Shown: positions 9,670 through 21,461 of the stretch, one piece after another
How positions within the stretch are numbered: position 1 is the stretch's first letter
Layout: the number at the start of each line of letters is the position of its first letter
NCBI GenBank assembly: GCA_947503755.1
Contig: CANNFC010000001.1
Span: forward strand, 8,808-72,807
DNA from: Rickettsiales bacterium
GTDB lineage: Bacteria > Pseudomonadota > Alphaproteobacteria > Rickettsiales > UBA1997
Reading direction: 5' to 3'
Length of the DNA stretch: 64,000 nt
Program-made: the position numbers and the translations under genes
Notes under the pieces: model-generated
What the model was told of the DNA's origin: nothing
Seen by the model: the letters and a program-made list of their open reading frames with translations, nothing else
Databases searched by the model: none

Positions 9670-9696
9670 AAATTTTTAGTTTTTGCATTTTAAAAT
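9670..9696. repeat. Right copy of the direct repeat bounding the Type III R-M cassette
   Basis: aaatttttagtttttgcattttaaaat matches 4862-4890. On the minus strand it starts a 30-codon mini-ORF (9688->9596, MQKLKICF...) that ends 3 nt before the res ATG. Confidence 0.8.
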
Positions 9697-9745
9697 AAAG
9701 AAGATTATAATTTAGATATTTGGCAAAATACAAGCAAAAGTTTTT

Positions 9746-10516
9746 ATGAATAACAAAATATCAGCAATTAACATTAACTTGTTTTATAATAAAAAACAAA
9801 CACTTTTTGATATTAATCTTACTTGTAAAGAAAAAACAGTAACCTCTTTAATTGGGCCTTCTGGCTGTGGTAAATCTTCTTTTTTAAGATGCATCAACCG
9901 AATGAACGATACTATCGAAAACTGCGAAATTACAGGCTCTATTTTGCTTGACGGTCAAGATATTTATAGCAAAAATTACGGCAAAGATATCGATTTGGTT
10001 CGGCTTCGTGCCTTAGTTGGTATGGTTTTTCAAAAGCCCAACCCTTTTCCTAAATCTATTTTTGATAATGTTGCTTATGGTCCCAAAATTCATGGTCTGT
10101 ATAGCAATAAAAGAGAATTAGCCGAAATAGTCGAATCTAGCCTCACAAAGGCAGGTTTGTGGCAAGAAGTTAAAGATCGTTTGCACGAAAATGCCTCGGG
10201 TCTTTCTGGCGGTCAACAACAAAGGCTTTGTATTGCACGATCTATTGCTATTTCTCCGCAAGTGATTTTGATGGACGAGCCTTGCTCGGCACTTGATCCT
10301 ATTGCCACAGCTAAAATTGAAGAATTAATAGATAAATTAAAAATTAATTTTACTATCGTGATTGTTACTCATTCTATGCAACAAGCTGCGAGAGTTTCTG
10401 ATTATACTGCTTTTTTTCATTTGGGTAAAATTATCGAATACAACACTACAAATCATATTTTTACTAACCCTAGCAATCAACAAACTCAAGACTACATCAC
10501 AGGTAGATTTGGTTAA
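9746..10516 (+). CDS. pstB: Phosphate ABC transporter ATP-binding protein PstB
   Basis: Walker [10 protein letters not shown], signature [13 protein letters not shown] and Walker [12 protein letters not shown] are present. The PstB-typical C-terminal [10 protein letters not shown]-like tail reads [10 protein letters not shown]. Confidence 0.9.
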   Translation: MNNKISAININLFYNKKQTLFDINLTCKEKTVTSLIGPSGCGKSSFLRCINRMNDTIENCEITGSILLDGQDIYSKNYGKDIDLVRLRALVGMVFQKPNPFPKSIFDNVAYGPKIHGLYSNKRELAEIVESSLTKAGLWQEVKDRLHENASGLSGGQQQRLCIARSIAISPQVILMDEPCSALDPIATAKIEELIDKLKINFTIVIVTHSMQQAARVSDYTAFFHLGKIIEYNTTNHIFTNPSNQQTQDYITGRFG

Positions 10517-10527
10517 ATTATTTTTTT

Positions 10528-10920
10528 ATGTTTGGTTTTTCTTTAGCAGAATTTATTTTGGTGATTATTGTGGCGATTATTTTTATTAAACCGCAAGATT
10601 TGCCTGAATTAGCCAGAATGCTTGGTAAAATTGTGGCAGAAATAAAAAAAATCTATCAAAATTTACTTGCCCAATTTAAAGAATTGTCGCAACAAGAAGA
10701 AATCGCCAACCTAACCAAAGAATTTCAGCAACAAGTTTCTTTATCTGAAAAGCAAAAACCGATACAAAAAACAACAAACACAGAAGCAGTTATTATCGAT
10801 ATGTATGGCAAAGAGCATATTGTTAGCAATATTTTTGAAGTTCGCCCCGATTTAAGTAGTGAAGAAATCGAACAGCAAGTAAATAATTGCAATCAAGAAA
10901 ATATTGTTTCTAAAAAATAA
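10528..10920 (+). CDS. Twin-arginine translocase TatA/TatB-family protein (TatB-like by length)
   Basis: The N-terminus MFGFSLAEFILVIIVAIIFIKPQDLPELARMLGK shows a TM helix, a hinge and an amphipathic helix. It is 130 aa long. Confidence 0.7.
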   Translation: MFGFSLAEFILVIIVAIIFIKPQDLPELARMLGKIVAEIKKIYQNLLAQFKELSQQEEIANLTKEFQQQVSLSEKQKPIQKTTNTEAVIIDMYGKEHIVSNIFEVRPDLSSEEIEQQVNNCNQENIVSKK

Positions 10921-11305
10921 AATCTAAACTTCGATCTAAATTCCCCTTTTTTAGAAGGGGTGGCGACCGAAGGTCGACGGGGTAGTGTCGGCAACACACG
11001 GTAGGATCTTTTCGAAAAGACATCGGCGATCGGGCTCCCAACACTACCTTGGTCTTTTTGCATAAGTTATACCATTTACACAAATAAATATCGCATTTCG
11101 ATCTAAATCACCCTACCCATTGCAAAGCAATTTCGGGGAGGGGTAAGAAAAGCACATCACAACATCGATTTTGCATAATGATTTTTTTTAACCACCCACG
11201 AAGCTAACAAGCTAGCTCCTGCTCCCCCGTAAAGCGGGGGAGCGATTAGATCGAGGTAATATTATCGCCCCAGAATAATGCGGTATTTATTAGTGAAAAT
11301 GGTAT
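10921..11305. repeat. Palindromic repeat cluster B: a truncated R1 element (about 10931-11066) interrupted by an R2 element with outer inverted termini (11069-11305)
   Basis: The R1 left end is tcgatctaaattccccttttttagaaggggtgg. The R2 core at 11098-11255 matches 4985-5165 inverted. The outer termini ataccatttacacaaataaata / tatttattagtgaaaatggtat match those of the 41866-42159 element. Confidence 0.85.
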
Positions 11306-12438
11306 TATACCCAAGGGCGTTCATATTCGGGCGACTGTTGCGAAAGCGGTGCAGACGGAATATCGGCATAAACTTGATTATGCATTTTAATAATCACTCT
11401 ACCTGTGTTGGTAACTTCGCCTATCACAGCAAAATCTAGTTGCCACTTGTCAAAAACTGCTTTGGCAAAATCTTGTTGTTCGGGTTTAATTATCATCAGC
11501 ATTCTTTCTTGACTTTCAGAAAGCATAATTTCGTATGGAGTCATATTGGTTTCTCTTTGCGGAACTTTTTCAAGATGCAGTTCAATGCCTGTGCCACCTT
11601 TGCCCGACATTTCAAAAGAAGAAGAGGTAAGACCGGCAGCCCCCATATCTTGAATTGATAAAATGCAATCAGATTGCATTAATTCAAGACAAGCTTCGAG
11701 CAATAATTTTTCGGTGAAAGGATCGCCAACTTGCACTGTTGGTCTTTTATCTTCGTTGTTATCAGAAAATTCGTCAGAAGCCATAACGGCACCGTTAATG
11801 CCATCTCGACCAGTTTTTGAGCCAACATAAACAACACTAGCACCAATTTGTGAAGCGGCGGAATAAAATATTTTATTAGTATCTGCTAAACCAACAGTCA
11901 TGGCATTAACAATGATGTTGCCGTTGTAACTTTCGTGAAAAGTTATTTCGCCTCCTACCGTTGGCACACCAACACAATTACCATAAAAACCAATGCCAGA
12001 AACCACCCCATTAACCAACTGCTTAGTTTTTGGATGATTAATATCGCCAAATCGTAAAGAATTTAAATTGGCAATTGGTCTTGCTCCCATAGTAAAAACA
12101 TCTCTCAAAATGCCACCAACACCAGTAGCGGCACCTTGAAAAGGCTCAATAAAAGAAGGATGATTATGGCTTTCCATTTTAAAAACTATTGCTTGATTAT
12201 CGCCAATATCAATGATTCCTGCATTTTCACCTGGCCCACAAATTACCCAAGGAGCAGTTGTGTGCATTGTTTTTAGCCATTTTTTAGTTGACTTGTAAGA
12301 ACAATGTTCAGACCACATGGCAGAGAAAATACCTAACTCGGTGATTGTTGGTTCTCTGACAAGAATTTCGAGTATTTTTGTATATTCTTCTTGTGTTAAA
12401 TTATGATCTTTGATTAATTTAGCAGTGATTTTCGTCAT
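11305..12438 (-). pseudogene. purL: purL (FGAM synthase II), N-terminal half only; truncated at the repeat junction
   Basis: The 377-aa ORF has the PurL N-terminus ([33 protein letters not shown]). It stops at ...SPEYERPWV, roughly halfway through the ~740-aa family. The stop codon at 11305-11307 sits at the outer terminus of the repeat element. Confidence 0.75.
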
Positions 12439-12440
12439 AG

Positions 12441-14111
12441 TTAGTTTTTGGCTTTAGCTCTGGATACCAAAGACTTTTTGCCTTCAGATTTTTGTTGAAA
12501 TATTTTTAAAACTTTTTCTGCTTCTTCATAAGGCACAGCAAAAAATGAAAAACTATCCATAACTTTTACATCGTCAATGTTTTTTTTGCTAATGCCTGTG
12601 CTTTTTTCAAGAAAATCGAGCAATTTATGAGTGTCAAAATTATCGACTTTACCTTTGGCAATAAACAAGCGAGCTGTTCCTTTGCGATCGACATAACTTC
12701 TTTTTTCTTGCGAACCCAACGGGCGATAGCCTGTAAGACCGTGATCGTCGTAGTAAAAATCTTTGTTTTTTTTGTAAGATTCAGGATCGTGAATTTCGCT
12801 GTAGCTTTTTTCACTTAATTCGTCTCTAAATGCCAATTTTAATAGTGCAGAAAAAAGATTTTCATTAAGTTCGAATTCTTTCAACAAATCTTTGGTTATG
12901 GTTGCTACATCAGATAAATCGTTGTTAGCAATAATATCGACAATAGCAGATTTAATTCTTTGTTTTTTGCTATCAATTACTGCTGAAACATTTGGCACTT
13001 TTTGTTTGGTGATTTTAGTGTTAGCAACTCGTTGTAAAGAAGTAAGTTTGCGATATTCAGAAGGAGTGATAAGAGTAATGGCGGTGCCGGTTTTTCCTGC
13101 TCTACCAGTTCTGCCGATACGGTGAACATAACTTTCGGGATCTTGTGGTAAAGAATAGTTGATAACATGAGTTAAATTATCGACATCAATGCCTCTGGCA
13201 GCTACATCGGTGGCAACTAATATAGTGATTTGTTTGCCTCGAAATTTTAGCAATACTTTTTCTCGTTGACCTTGTGATAAATCGCCATGGATTGCCTCAG
13301 CTCTACAGCCTCTGTTGGCTAATTTATGAGCAATTTCATCGGCATCAACTTTGGTGCGACAAAAAACCATACCATAAAAACTTTCTTCGATATCGATGAT
13401 GCGAAACAAAGCTTCAAATTTATCGGCTTGAGCTACTTCGAAGTAAATTTGATGAATGTTATCCCGGCTAATTTGCTCGCCAGAAACCGAAATTATTTCG
13501 GGATTTTTCATATATTTCTTGGCAAGCCTTTCGATGTTGGCAGGCATTGTTGCCGAAAACAAAACTGTTCTTCTAGAGGCAGGAGTTGATTTTAAAATTT
13601 CTTCAATGTCGTCGACAAAACCCATGTTAAGCATTTCGTCTGCTTCATCAAGCACTAAATAAGATATAGAATCGAGTTTTAAAGTTTTTCTGTTGATATG
13701 ATCAATAACTCGACCTGGAGTGCCAACAACAATATCAACACCTCTTTGTAATCTAGAAATTTGTCTTTCAATTGGCTGACCACCATAAACTGCAATGATG
13801 TTGGTTTTTTGATTTTCGGCGAAAGAACTGAGTTCTTCAGTTACTTGAATGGCAAGCTCACGAGTAGGAACCAAGATGATTGCTTGCACTTTTTTTAATT
13901 GTGCCACAATGCTTTCGATGATAGGAATGCCAAAGGCTGCGGTTTTGCCTGTGCCAGTTTGGGCTTTACCAATAAGATCTTGTTTTTTTTGCAACAAAAA
14001 TGGTATGGTTTTTGCTTGTATTGCAGTTGGTTCTTCAAAACCTTTTTTTTGTAAAGCATCAAGCATTGCTTCGGACAACCCCAATTCGCGGAATTTAGCT
14101 AGATTTGACAT
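12441..14111 (-). CDS. DEAD-box ATP-dependent RNA helicase (DeaD/CsdA-like, with a C-terminal DbpA-type RNA-binding extension)
   Basis: Q-motif PTAIQ, motif [12 protein letters not shown], motif II DEADEM, SAT and [10 protein letters not shown] are present. The start is placed at MSNLAKF (ATG at 14111) rather than at the ORF-track upstream extension. Confidence 0.9.
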   Translation of the reverse strand: MSNLAKFRELGLSEAMLDALQKKGFEEPTAIQAKTIPFLLQKKQDLIGKAQTGTGKTAAFGIPIIESIVAQLKKVQAIILVPTRELAIQVTEELSSFAENQKTNIIAVYGGQPIERQISRLQRGVDIVVGTPGRVIDHINRKTLKLDSISYLVLDEADEMLNMGFVDDIEEILKSTPASRRTVLFSATMPANIERLAKKYMKNPEIISVSGEQISRDNIHQIYFEVAQADKFEALFRIIDIEESFYGMVFCRTKVDADEIAHKLANRGCRAEAIHGDLSQGQREKVLLKFRGKQITILVATDVAARGIDVDNLTHVINYSLPQDPESYVHRIGRTGRAGKTGTAITLITPSEYRKLTSLQRVANTKITKQKVPNVSAVIDSKKQRIKSAIVDIIANNDLSDVATITKDLLKEFELNENLFSALLKLAFRDELSEKSYSEIHDPESYKKNKDFYYDDHGLTGYRPLGSQEKRSYVDRKGTARLFIAKGKVDNFDTHKLLDFLEKSTGISKKNIDDVKVMDSFSFFAVPYEEAEKVLKIFQQKSEGKKSLVSRAKAKN

Positions 14112-14417
14112 AAAAAATTGATAATTTAGAATTAAGGCTTCAAAAAGATTATTGAAACCCAAATTAAATTGAGATTCAATATTTTCTTAAACTTTATTAT
14201 GACACAACAAAAAATATAAAGCAAGTATTATAAATTTAAAAATTTATTTTTTTTCGATGATTAGATAAAGACAAGAAAAGAAGCGAGAAGTAAAAAGAGA
14301 GTATTAGTGAATTTTCAAAGAAAATTATGTTGTAAATTTTAAATTTATATCAAAAACTCACTAAATTTATTGATTAGTAGAAGTTTTTATTATTTTGTGG
14401 TGCAAAATAATAAAAAA

Positions 14418-14690
14418 CTATTTTACTGAGTCTTTTAAAGTTTTACCAACGGTAAATTTAACTCTTTTAGAGGCTTTAATGCTGATTTCTTTGCCAGTTT
14501 GAGGATTTCTGCCTTTTCTAGCTGCGGTTTTCATGGTTTTAAAAGTGCCAAAGCCAATAAGAGCAACAGGGTCTCCTTTTTTAAGAGCTTTAGTTACAAC
14601 TTTAATGAAAGCATCTAAAGCGGCACCTGCATCTTTTTGCGAGATATCGGCATTGTTTGCTATTTCTTTAATTAAATCTGTTTTATGCAT
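14418..14690 (-). CDS. hup: Nucleoid-associated DNA-binding protein HU
   Basis: The 90-aa protein has the typical HU sequence: GFGTFKT...[12 protein letters not shown]. Confidence 0.9.
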   Translation of the reverse strand: MHKTDLIKEIANNADISQKDAGAALDAFIKVVTKALKKGDPVALIGFGTFKTMKTAARKGRNPQTGKEISIKASKRVKFTVGKTLKDSVK

Positions 14691-14848
14691 ATAGATTTTA
14701 TTATTTATGATTAATAAAGAAACTGTTTTATGACAAGCATAAAATCAAGTTAAATGAGATTGTAAAAGGCATTTTTACTAAATGCAACTAGTATTTTAAA
14801 CTTTTTGTAATTAAATTTAAAATGACACATCATAGAATTTATTATTAA

Positions 14849-15421
14849 CTATACTTTTTTATGCTTTCTTAAGATTTTGCTTTCAGTAATAACATAATCA
14901 AGTTGATGATCATGTTTTTCTTGTGGAAAATTTTGATGATAAACTTGCAAATCAAAAGCCAAACCAATAGAAATTGCAGATATTTTATTTAAAGTTCTGT
15001 CGTAATAACCTTTTCCCATACCTAATCTGTTTAACGATTTATCAACAGCGACTAATGGAACAATAACAAGGTCTGGCAAGCATTTGTTGTTGCTTTGTGG
15101 TTCTAGTATTTGTGGAAACTTTTTGTTAGCAATTAATTTGATTTTTTGATTAAATTCATAAAATTCTAGTACAAGATCTTTGATTTTTGGTAAATAATAT
15201 GTTATTTTTTCTTGTTGCAAATATTGTTGTAAAATAGCGGTTGAAACCTCGTATTTAGTATGTTGATAAAGAGCGATTTTTTTTTGTTGCCAATCAGCTA
15301 AATTTTCTTCTGCAAAAGATAAAAAATTTTCACAAATTTGTTTTGATAATTTAATTATATCTTGTGTTGTAAGTTGCTTTCTTTGTTGTAAATAATGGTT
15401 TCGTAGCTCTTCTTTTTGCAT
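14849..15421 (-). CDS. 5-formyltetrahydrofolate cyclo-ligase
   Basis: The 190-aa protein carries the family motif RLGMGKGYYDR near the C-terminal third. Confidence 0.75.
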   Translation of the reverse strand: MQKEELRNHYLQQRKQLTTQDIIKLSKQICENFLSFAEENLADWQQKKIALYQHTKYEVSTAILQQYLQQEKITYYLPKIKDLVLEFYEFNQKIKLIANKKFPQILEPQSNNKCLPDLVIVPLVAVDKSLNRLGMGKGYYDRTLNKISAISIGLAFDLQVYHQNFPQEKHDHQLDYVITESKILRKHKKV

Positions 15422-15498
15422 AAATAAATTAGTTGTTGAAATTTGTAATTTAATCTAGTATTATTTTAGAATATCTTTAAAAAAATTAAAGTCATAAA

Positions 15499-17331
15499 AT
15501 GAAAAAAAATCTTATTATTTGGGCAATAGCTTTAATTGCTTTATTTGCATTGTCAGCATACCTCGATGGCACTAACAACTCAAAAAATAACATTAATTTT
15601 TCTGATTTCATCAATAAAGTCGAAAATTCTGAAGTAACCGAAGTAAAAATCAAAGGAAATGATCTTAATGGTGTTTTAAAAGACGGTTCTACCTTTTACA
15701 CTTATTTGCCTTATTATCCAAATTTAATCGAAAAACTTTATGCAAAAGGTGTTGCCATTAATTCTTTACCATTAATCAGTAAATCCGAAAAAATCACTTC
15801 TGGTTTGTTGGGTTGGTTGCCTTTTTTAATTATGATTGGTTTGTGGATCTTTTTTGCCAAAGGAGCTTCTGGTAAAGGTGGTGGCGGGGCTTTTGGTTTT
15901 GGCAAATCAAGAGCAAAATTATTGCAAGAAAATAAAAATAAAATTACTTTTCAAGATGTCGCGGGCATCGATGAGGCAAAACAAGAGCTAAGTGAAATTG
16001 TTGATTTTCTTAAATCTCCTAAAAAATATCTTGAAGTTGGTGCAAAAATTCCTAGAGGTTGCTTGTTAATTGGCTCTCCTGGAACTGGTAAAACATTGTT
16101 GGCAAGGGCAATTGCTGGTGAAGCTGGGGTGCCATTTTTTTCTATCTCTGGCTCTGATTTTGTTGAAATGTTTGTTGGTGTTGGTGCTAGTCGAGTGCGA
16201 GATATGTTTGAGCAAGCAAAAAAATCGGCTCCGTGCATTGTTTTTATTGACGAAATAGATGCGGTAGGTAGGCATCGCGGTTCTGGTTATGGTGGTGGAA
16301 ACGATGAAAGAGAGCAAACTCTCAATCAAATGTTAGTAGAAATGGACGGTTTTTCTGATAACGAAGGTGTGGTGGTTATTGCTGCCACTAACAGACCAGA
16401 TGTTTTAGACAAAGCCTTATTAAGACCGGGCAGATTTGATAGGCAAATAACCGTGCCTAATCCAGATATTTTAGGTAGAGAACAAATTTTAGTTGTGCAT
16501 ATGAAAAAAATAAATGCAGCTTCTGATATTAATGTAAAAATCATTGCGAGAGGCACCCCTGGTTTTGCTGGTGCCGACTTAGCAAATTTAGTAAATGAAG
16601 GGGCGATTATGGCTGCCAGATCTAATCAAAAAATGGTTACCATGAAAAATTTAGAAGATGCTAAAGATAAAATCTTGATGGGCACCGAAAGAAAATCTAT
16701 TATAATGCAAAAATCTGAAAAAGAACTTACTGCCTATCACGAGGCTGGTCATGCCATTACTGCTATTAATTCTCCTAATTCCGACCCAATTCATAAAGCA
16801 ACCATTATTCCTAGGGGCAGGTCTTTGGGCTTGGTTATGCGATTGCCAGAAAATGATTGTTTTTCTGTCACTAGAGCGAAGCTACAAGACGATTTGGTGG
16901 TTGCTATGGGCGGTAGGGTTTCCGAAGAAATAATTTTTGGTTACGACAAAATAACCACAGGTGCCTCTTCTGACATTTCGCAAGCAACTTATATGGCAAA
17001 AAATATGGTTACCAAATGGGGTTTGAGCGATAAATTAGGAACGGTAGATTTGTCAGAAGATGATTCTAGCAAAATGTTTAGTAACAAAAGTTATTCTGAA
17101 GCTACCAGTCAAATGATCGATCAAGAAGTAAGAAGAATTATTGAAGAAGCTTATAACAAGGCAAAAGATATTTTGCTTGCCAAAAACAGCGATCTGCATT
17201 TGTTGGCAAAAGCATTGCTTGAGCACGAAACTCTTACAGGAGAACAAATTAAAATTTTACTTGCTGGCGGTGAAATAAATAAGCCAAATCAAGAGCAAAG
17301 CTCTATGACAAGCTCTTTATCCTCTATATAA
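15499..17331 (+). CDS. ftsH: ATP-dependent zinc metalloprotease FtsH
   Basis: An N-terminal TM segment, AAA Walker A GSPGTGKT, Walker [30 protein letters not shown] and the zinc site HEAGHA are present. Confidence 0.95.
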   Translation: MKKNLIIWAIALIALFALSAYLDGTNNSKNNINFSDFINKVENSEVTEVKIKGNDLNGVLKDGSTFYTYLPYYPNLIEKLYAKGVAINSLPLISKSEKITSGLLGWLPFLIMIGLWIFFAKGASGKGGGGAFGFGKSRAKLLQENKNKITFQDVAGIDEAKQELSEIVDFLKSPKKYLEVGAKIPRGCLLIGSPGTGKTLLARAIAGEAGVPFFSISGSDFVEMFVGVGASRVRDMFEQAKKSAPCIVFIDEIDAVGRHRGSGYGGGNDEREQTLNQMLVEMDGFSDNEGVVVIAATNRPDVLDKALLRPGRFDRQITVPNPDILGREQILVVHMKKINAASDINVKIIARGTPGFAGADLANLVNEGAIMAARSNQKMVTMKNLEDAKDKILMGTERKSIIMQKSEKELTAYHEAGHAITAINSPNSDPIHKATIIPRGRSLGLVMRLPENDCFSVTRAKLQDDLVVAMGGRVSEEIIFGYDKITTGASSDISQATYMAKNMVTKWGLSDKLGTVDLSEDDSSKMFSNKSYSEATSQMIDQEVRRIIEEAYNKAKDILLAKNSDLHLLAKALLEHETLTGEQIKILLAGGEINKPNQEQSSMTSSLSSI

Positions 17332-17425
17332 AAATCGTCAAAATTGCATTAAAATTATTGATTTAAAACTTTTTATTGTTAAAATTTCCGTTACTTCTTT
17401 TGTTTTATTAATTTGAATTTTTACC

Positions 17426-20215
17426 ATGAATCACACTCAACAACCACAAAATTTACCAACCAAAGATGTTTTGCCAGTTTCGCTAGTAAGTGAAATGAAA
17501 AAATCTTATCTCGATTATGCCATGAGTGTTATTGTGGCAAGAGCAATCCCAGATGCCTGCGACGGCTTAAAGCCAGTTCACAGAAGAATTCTTTTTGCGA
17601 TGCATGAAGGTGGCTACGATTTTAATAAACCGTTTAAAAAATCTGCCAGAATAGTAGGTGAAGTGATGGGTAAATATCACCCGCACGGCGATTCTGCCAT
17701 TTATGAATCTTTGGTAAGAATGGTACAAGATTTTTCTTTAAGAGTGCCACTAATTGATGGTCAGGGTAATTTTGGTTCAATCGATGATGATCCTCCCGCC
17801 GCTATGCGATATACCGAATCTCGCCTAAAAAAAATTACCCACACTATGTTGTCTGATCTCGACAAAGATACTGTCGATTTTATGCCAAACTACGATGGCA
17901 ACGAGCAAGAACCAAAAGTTTTACCCGCTAGATTTCCTAATTTATTGGTAAATGGCTCTGGTGGCATTGCAGTTGGTATGGCAACCAATATTCCGCCTCA
18001 TAATTTAGGAGAGGTTATCGATGGTTGTATTTCTTATATCGACAACAATAATGTAACTATCGAAGAACTTATTCAAATAATTCCTGGTCCAGATTTTCCG
18101 ACAGGTGGTATTATTTTAGGTAGATCGGGTCATCATTTAGCCGCAACAACTGGTAAAGGTCCGGTTGTGATGAGGGGTAAACATAAAATTGAAAAGAAAA
18201 ACAATCAAAAAACCAGTATCATTATTACTGAAATTCCTTATCAAGTTAATAAAGCTAAATTGGTCGAAAAAATTGCCGATCTTGTGAAAGAGAAAAAAAT
18301 CGAAGGCATTTCCGATTTAAGAGACGAATCCGATCGAGACGGCATTAGAATTGCGATTGAATTAAAAAAAGATACTCCAGAAGATGTTATTATCAATCAA
18401 CTCTATAATTTTACCGAACTGCAATGCAATTTTAGTGTTAACACTTTGGCTCTTAATCATGGTAAACCGCAATTACTAAATTTATTGCAAATTATCACGA
18501 TTTTTGTTGATTTTCGTTTTGAAGTAACCACCAGAAGAACTAAATTTTTACTAAACAAAGCACGAGATAAAACTCATATTTTAATTGGCTTGGCAGTGGC
18601 AGTTAATAACATCGATGAAATTGTTAATCTAATTAAATCATCGGCAGATACTGCCGAAGCTAAAGCCAAACTATTAGCAAAACCTTGGTCTGTTGGCAAT
18701 ATCGAGCATATCATTAATTTGGTGCAAGATAACGGTAATGTGGTGATAAATCAGCAATTTTATTTCACCGAAGTGCAAGCAAAGGCAATTTTAGACATGA
18801 GATTGGCGAGATTAACTGGTCTTGAAATGAACAAAATCAATGCCGAATTGCAAGAATTAACCAAAGAAATTAATCAATATTTAAGCTTGCTTTCTAGCAA
18901 GCAAGCTATGATGAACCTGGTTAGACAAGAACTTCTTGATATTAAAAACGAATTTGCCACTCCGCGTAAATCAACCATCGAAGATGCCGAATTTGAAATT
19001 GATATCGAAAGTTTGATTCCTAAAGAAGAAATGGTGGTGGTTTCCACCATGAATGGCTACATAAAACGAGTTCCGCTAGATTCTTATCGCACACAAAAAA
19101 GAGGAGGCAAGGGCAGATCTGCCATCGATATTCGAGACGAAGATGTTACTACCGAAATTTTTGCCACCAATACTCATACTCCAATTTTGTTTTTTTCTAC
19201 CAAAGGCAAAGTTTATCGTCTTAAAACCTATAAATTACCGCTAAATAATCCGCAAGCAAGAGGCAGAGCATTAGTTAACTTATTACCGCTTGAACCAGAC
19301 GAAAAGATTAGCACCATTTTAGCTTTACCGCAAGATGAGTCTACTTGGGCAGAATTAAGTATTGTTTTTGCCACTTCTAACGGCGATATTAGAAGAAATT
19401 CTATGGATCAATTTACCGATATTAGATCAAGCGGTAAAATCGCCATGAAACTTGAAGAAAATCAAGCTTTAATTGGTGTTGCTTTATGCAATAGCAACGA
19501 CGATATTTTACTTTCCACTTATAATGGCAAATGCATTCGCTTTCCAGTTAATAAATTAAGAGTTTTTCAAAGTAGAAATTCTACTGGTGTAAAGGGTATG
19601 AATCTTGAGGAAAAAAATAAAGTAATCGCTTTATCTATTCTAAAACATGCCAGTGAAGAAATGGAAACCAGAGAAAAATATTTAAAACTAGATGTTGAAA
19701 TTCGCTTACAATTAAAACAAGCCTTGCTCTTTAATCAACAGCTTGCAGAAAATCGCTCAGACTTATTGCAAACAACAAAACCATTGCCAGAAATCGGTAA
19801 TTCTGAATTAAATTTAGAGACAATTTATAAAATGGCTAGCAATGAACAGTTTATTTTAACTATCACCGAAAATGGCTTTGGCAAAAGAACTTCTGCTTAC
19901 GAATATCGCATCACTAATCGTGGGGGCATGGGCATTACCAATATTATTACTTCTAAAAGAAATGGCAATGTTGTTGCTAGTTTTGCGGTTGAAGATAAAG
20001 ATCAGGTAATGTTAATAACCAACAAAGGCACCCTAATTCGCACTGATATAAATTCGGTTCGCATTGTTGGCAGAAATTCACAAGGTGTTACCCTAATTAA
20101 AACACAAGAAGAAAATGTGGTTGCGGTAGCCAGAATAGCCAATAACGAAGCAGATGTCGAAGACGATTTAGATCTTGCAATAGAAGAGCAAATCGATTCA
20201 ATAGAAAATTCATAA
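17426..20215 (+). CDS. gyrA: DNA gyrase subunit A
   Basis: DGLKPVHRR, the QRDR-like [18 protein letters not shown], the active-site AAMRYTE and C-terminal beta-pinwheel repeats are present. It is 929 aa long. Confidence 0.95.
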   Translation: MNHTQQPQNLPTKDVLPVSLVSEMKKSYLDYAMSVIVARAIPDACDGLKPVHRRILFAMHEGGYDFNKPFKKSARIVGEVMGKYHPHGDSAIYESLVRMVQDFSLRVPLIDGQGNFGSIDDDPPAAMRYTESRLKKITHTMLSDLDKDTVDFMPNYDGNEQEPKVLPARFPNLLVNGSGGIAVGMATNIPPHNLGEVIDGCISYIDNNNVTIEELIQIIPGPDFPTGGIILGRSGHHLAATTGKGPVVMRGKHKIEKKNNQKTSIIITEIPYQVNKAKLVEKIADLVKEKKIEGISDLRDESDRDGIRIAIELKKDTPEDVIINQLYNFTELQCNFSVNTLALNHGKPQLLNLLQIITIFVDFRFEVTTRRTKFLLNKARDKTHILIGLAVAVNNIDEIVNLIKSSADTAEAKAKLLAKPWSVGNIEHIINLVQDNGNVVINQQFYFTEVQAKAILDMRLARLTGLEMNKINAELQELTKEINQYLSLLSSKQAMMNLVRQELLDIKNEFATPRKSTIEDAEFEIDIESLIPKEEMVVVSTMNGYIKRVPLDSYRTQKRGGKGRSAIDIRDEDVTTEIFATNTHTPILFFSTKGKVYRLKTYKLPLNNPQARGRALVNLLPLEPDEKISTILALPQDESTWAELSIVFATSNGDIRRNSMDQFTDIRSSGKIAMKLEENQALIGVALCNSNDDILLSTYNGKCIRFPVNKLRVFQSRNSTGVKGMNLEEKNKVIALSILKHASEEMETREKYLKLDVEIRLQLKQALLFNQQLAENRSDLLQTTKPLPEIGNSELNLETIYKMASNEQFILTITENGFGKRTSAYEYRITNRGGMGITNIITSKRNGNVVASFAVEDKDQVMLITNKGTLIRTDINSVRIVGRNSQGVTLIKTQEENVVAVARIANNEADVEDDLDLAIEEQIDSIENS

Positions 20216-20216
20216 T

Positions 20217-21458
20217 ATGGTGGTTAGCAATATTTATAAAAATCGTAAAATTGTTTGTTGCTTAGATCTTTCTTCTTCTAAACTAATTTGTATTATTGCT
20301 AATATTGGTATTGATGCTATTGAAATACTGGGTTATAGCCACACAGAAGCCAAAGGTATTTCTGTTGGGGCGATTTCTGATGTTAAGTTGGCACAAAAAT
20401 CTATTGCCAACAGTGTGGCAGAAGCCGAAAAAATGGCGGGCATCAATATCGAAGAAATCATAGTTTCTTTAAACGAAAGCCAATTATCTTCTAGTTATCA
20501 AAATGCAACAGAAAAAATTCAAAAAGAGGTGGTGCAAAACTCAGCTATTCATAATTTAGTTAATAAAATCAGAGTTTCTTGCCTGAAAAATCATAAAGAA
20601 CCAATACATCTTATTCCGCTACAATATCGTATTGACGATGCAAATATAGTGGCAAATCCGCGATATATGAGTGGTGAAAAATTATTTGCTAAATTTCATG
20701 TAATTACCGCTTCACGAACTACTATTTTAAACATTGAGAACTGTTTTAAAAAATCTAAATTGTCGATTAACGATTATATTTCTTCTACTTATGCTAGCTC
20801 GCTTTCTTGTTTAAAAGAAAATGAGCTAAAAATAGGAACTCTGTTAATCGATATTGGCAGTGAATCTACCAGTTTTTGTTTGTTTTATGATGATAAACTA
20901 TTTTATCGTTCTTCTATTTCATTGGGCGGTTTAAACATTACCAAAGATATTGCTAGCATATTGGGAATTAATTTTTTAACCGCAGAAAAAATTAAAATTC
21001 TTAATAGCGCCATTATTTTATCGCCAATAGAAGAGCAAGAAGTGATAAAATATCGCAATCTAGAAATGCTAGAAGAAATAATGGCAAAACTACCAACCAG
21101 AATAGAATTATCAACCATTGTGCAAGCTAGGTTAGAAGAGATTTTTGAAACATTGAATAATAATTTAAAATTAGCGAAAATTCCGTTAGAAATAATCTCA
21201 AATATTGTCATTATCGGAGGATCTTCTAATATTCTTGGCATCGATAAGTTAGCAAAACAAATTTATCAAAAAAATACACGCATCGGCTACTCTTTAAAGC
21301 CAAACAATATTCCTTCTGATTTTCTCAATATCACTAACATCAATGTTTTAGGTATGCTTATCTATTTACAAAATGAATTTATCAAATATCAAGGGGTGAA
21401 TGTTGAAAATAATGATAATTGGTTAAAAAAAATTCTCAGCAAATTTATTAAAGAATAA
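20217..21458 (+). CDS. ftsA: Cell division protein FtsA (actin-fold) with non-canonical phosphate loops
   Basis: The 413-aa protein has FtsA-like architecture and the SLGGLNITKDIA motif. Phosphate loop 1 reads LDLSSSK and loop 2 reads DIGSESTS, where DIGGGT is expected. Confidence 0.7.
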   Translation: MVVSNIYKNRKIVCCLDLSSSKLICIIANIGIDAIEILGYSHTEAKGISVGAISDVKLAQKSIANSVAEAEKMAGINIEEIIVSLNESQLSSSYQNATEKIQKEVVQNSAIHNLVNKIRVSCLKNHKEPIHLIPLQYRIDDANIVANPRYMSGEKLFAKFHVITASRTTILNIENCFKKSKLSINDYISSTYASSLSCLKENELKIGTLLIDIGSESTSFCLFYDDKLFYRSSISLGGLNITKDIASILGINFLTAEKIKILNSAIILSPIEEQEVIKYRNLEMLEEIMAKLPTRIELSTIVQARLEEIFETLNNNLKLAKIPLEIISNIVIIGGSSNILGIDKLAKQIYQKNTRIGYSLKPNNIPSDFLNITNINVLGMLIYLQNEFIKYQGVNVENNDNWLKKILSKFIKE

Positions 21459-21461
21459 AAT

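Noticed and set aside
9596-9688. The 30-codon mini-ORF upstream of res as a possible R-M controller (C) protein.
   Set aside because: It is too short and has no helix-turn-helix pattern. Its first five codons are simply the duplicated start of the kinase gene, so it is best explained as a by-product of the duplication.
14112-14162. The upstream extension of the DEAD-box helicase ORF (MGFNNLFEALILNYQFF...), the TTG-initiated extensions of the 46116-46592 and 46695-48575 ORFs, and the prmC start ambiguity.
   Set aside because: In the three extension cases, a downstream ATG begins the recognisable or plausible N-terminus. The extensions are probably artefacts of longest-ORF calling. For prmC the start remains ambiguous among the Mets at 61114, 61111 and 61090.
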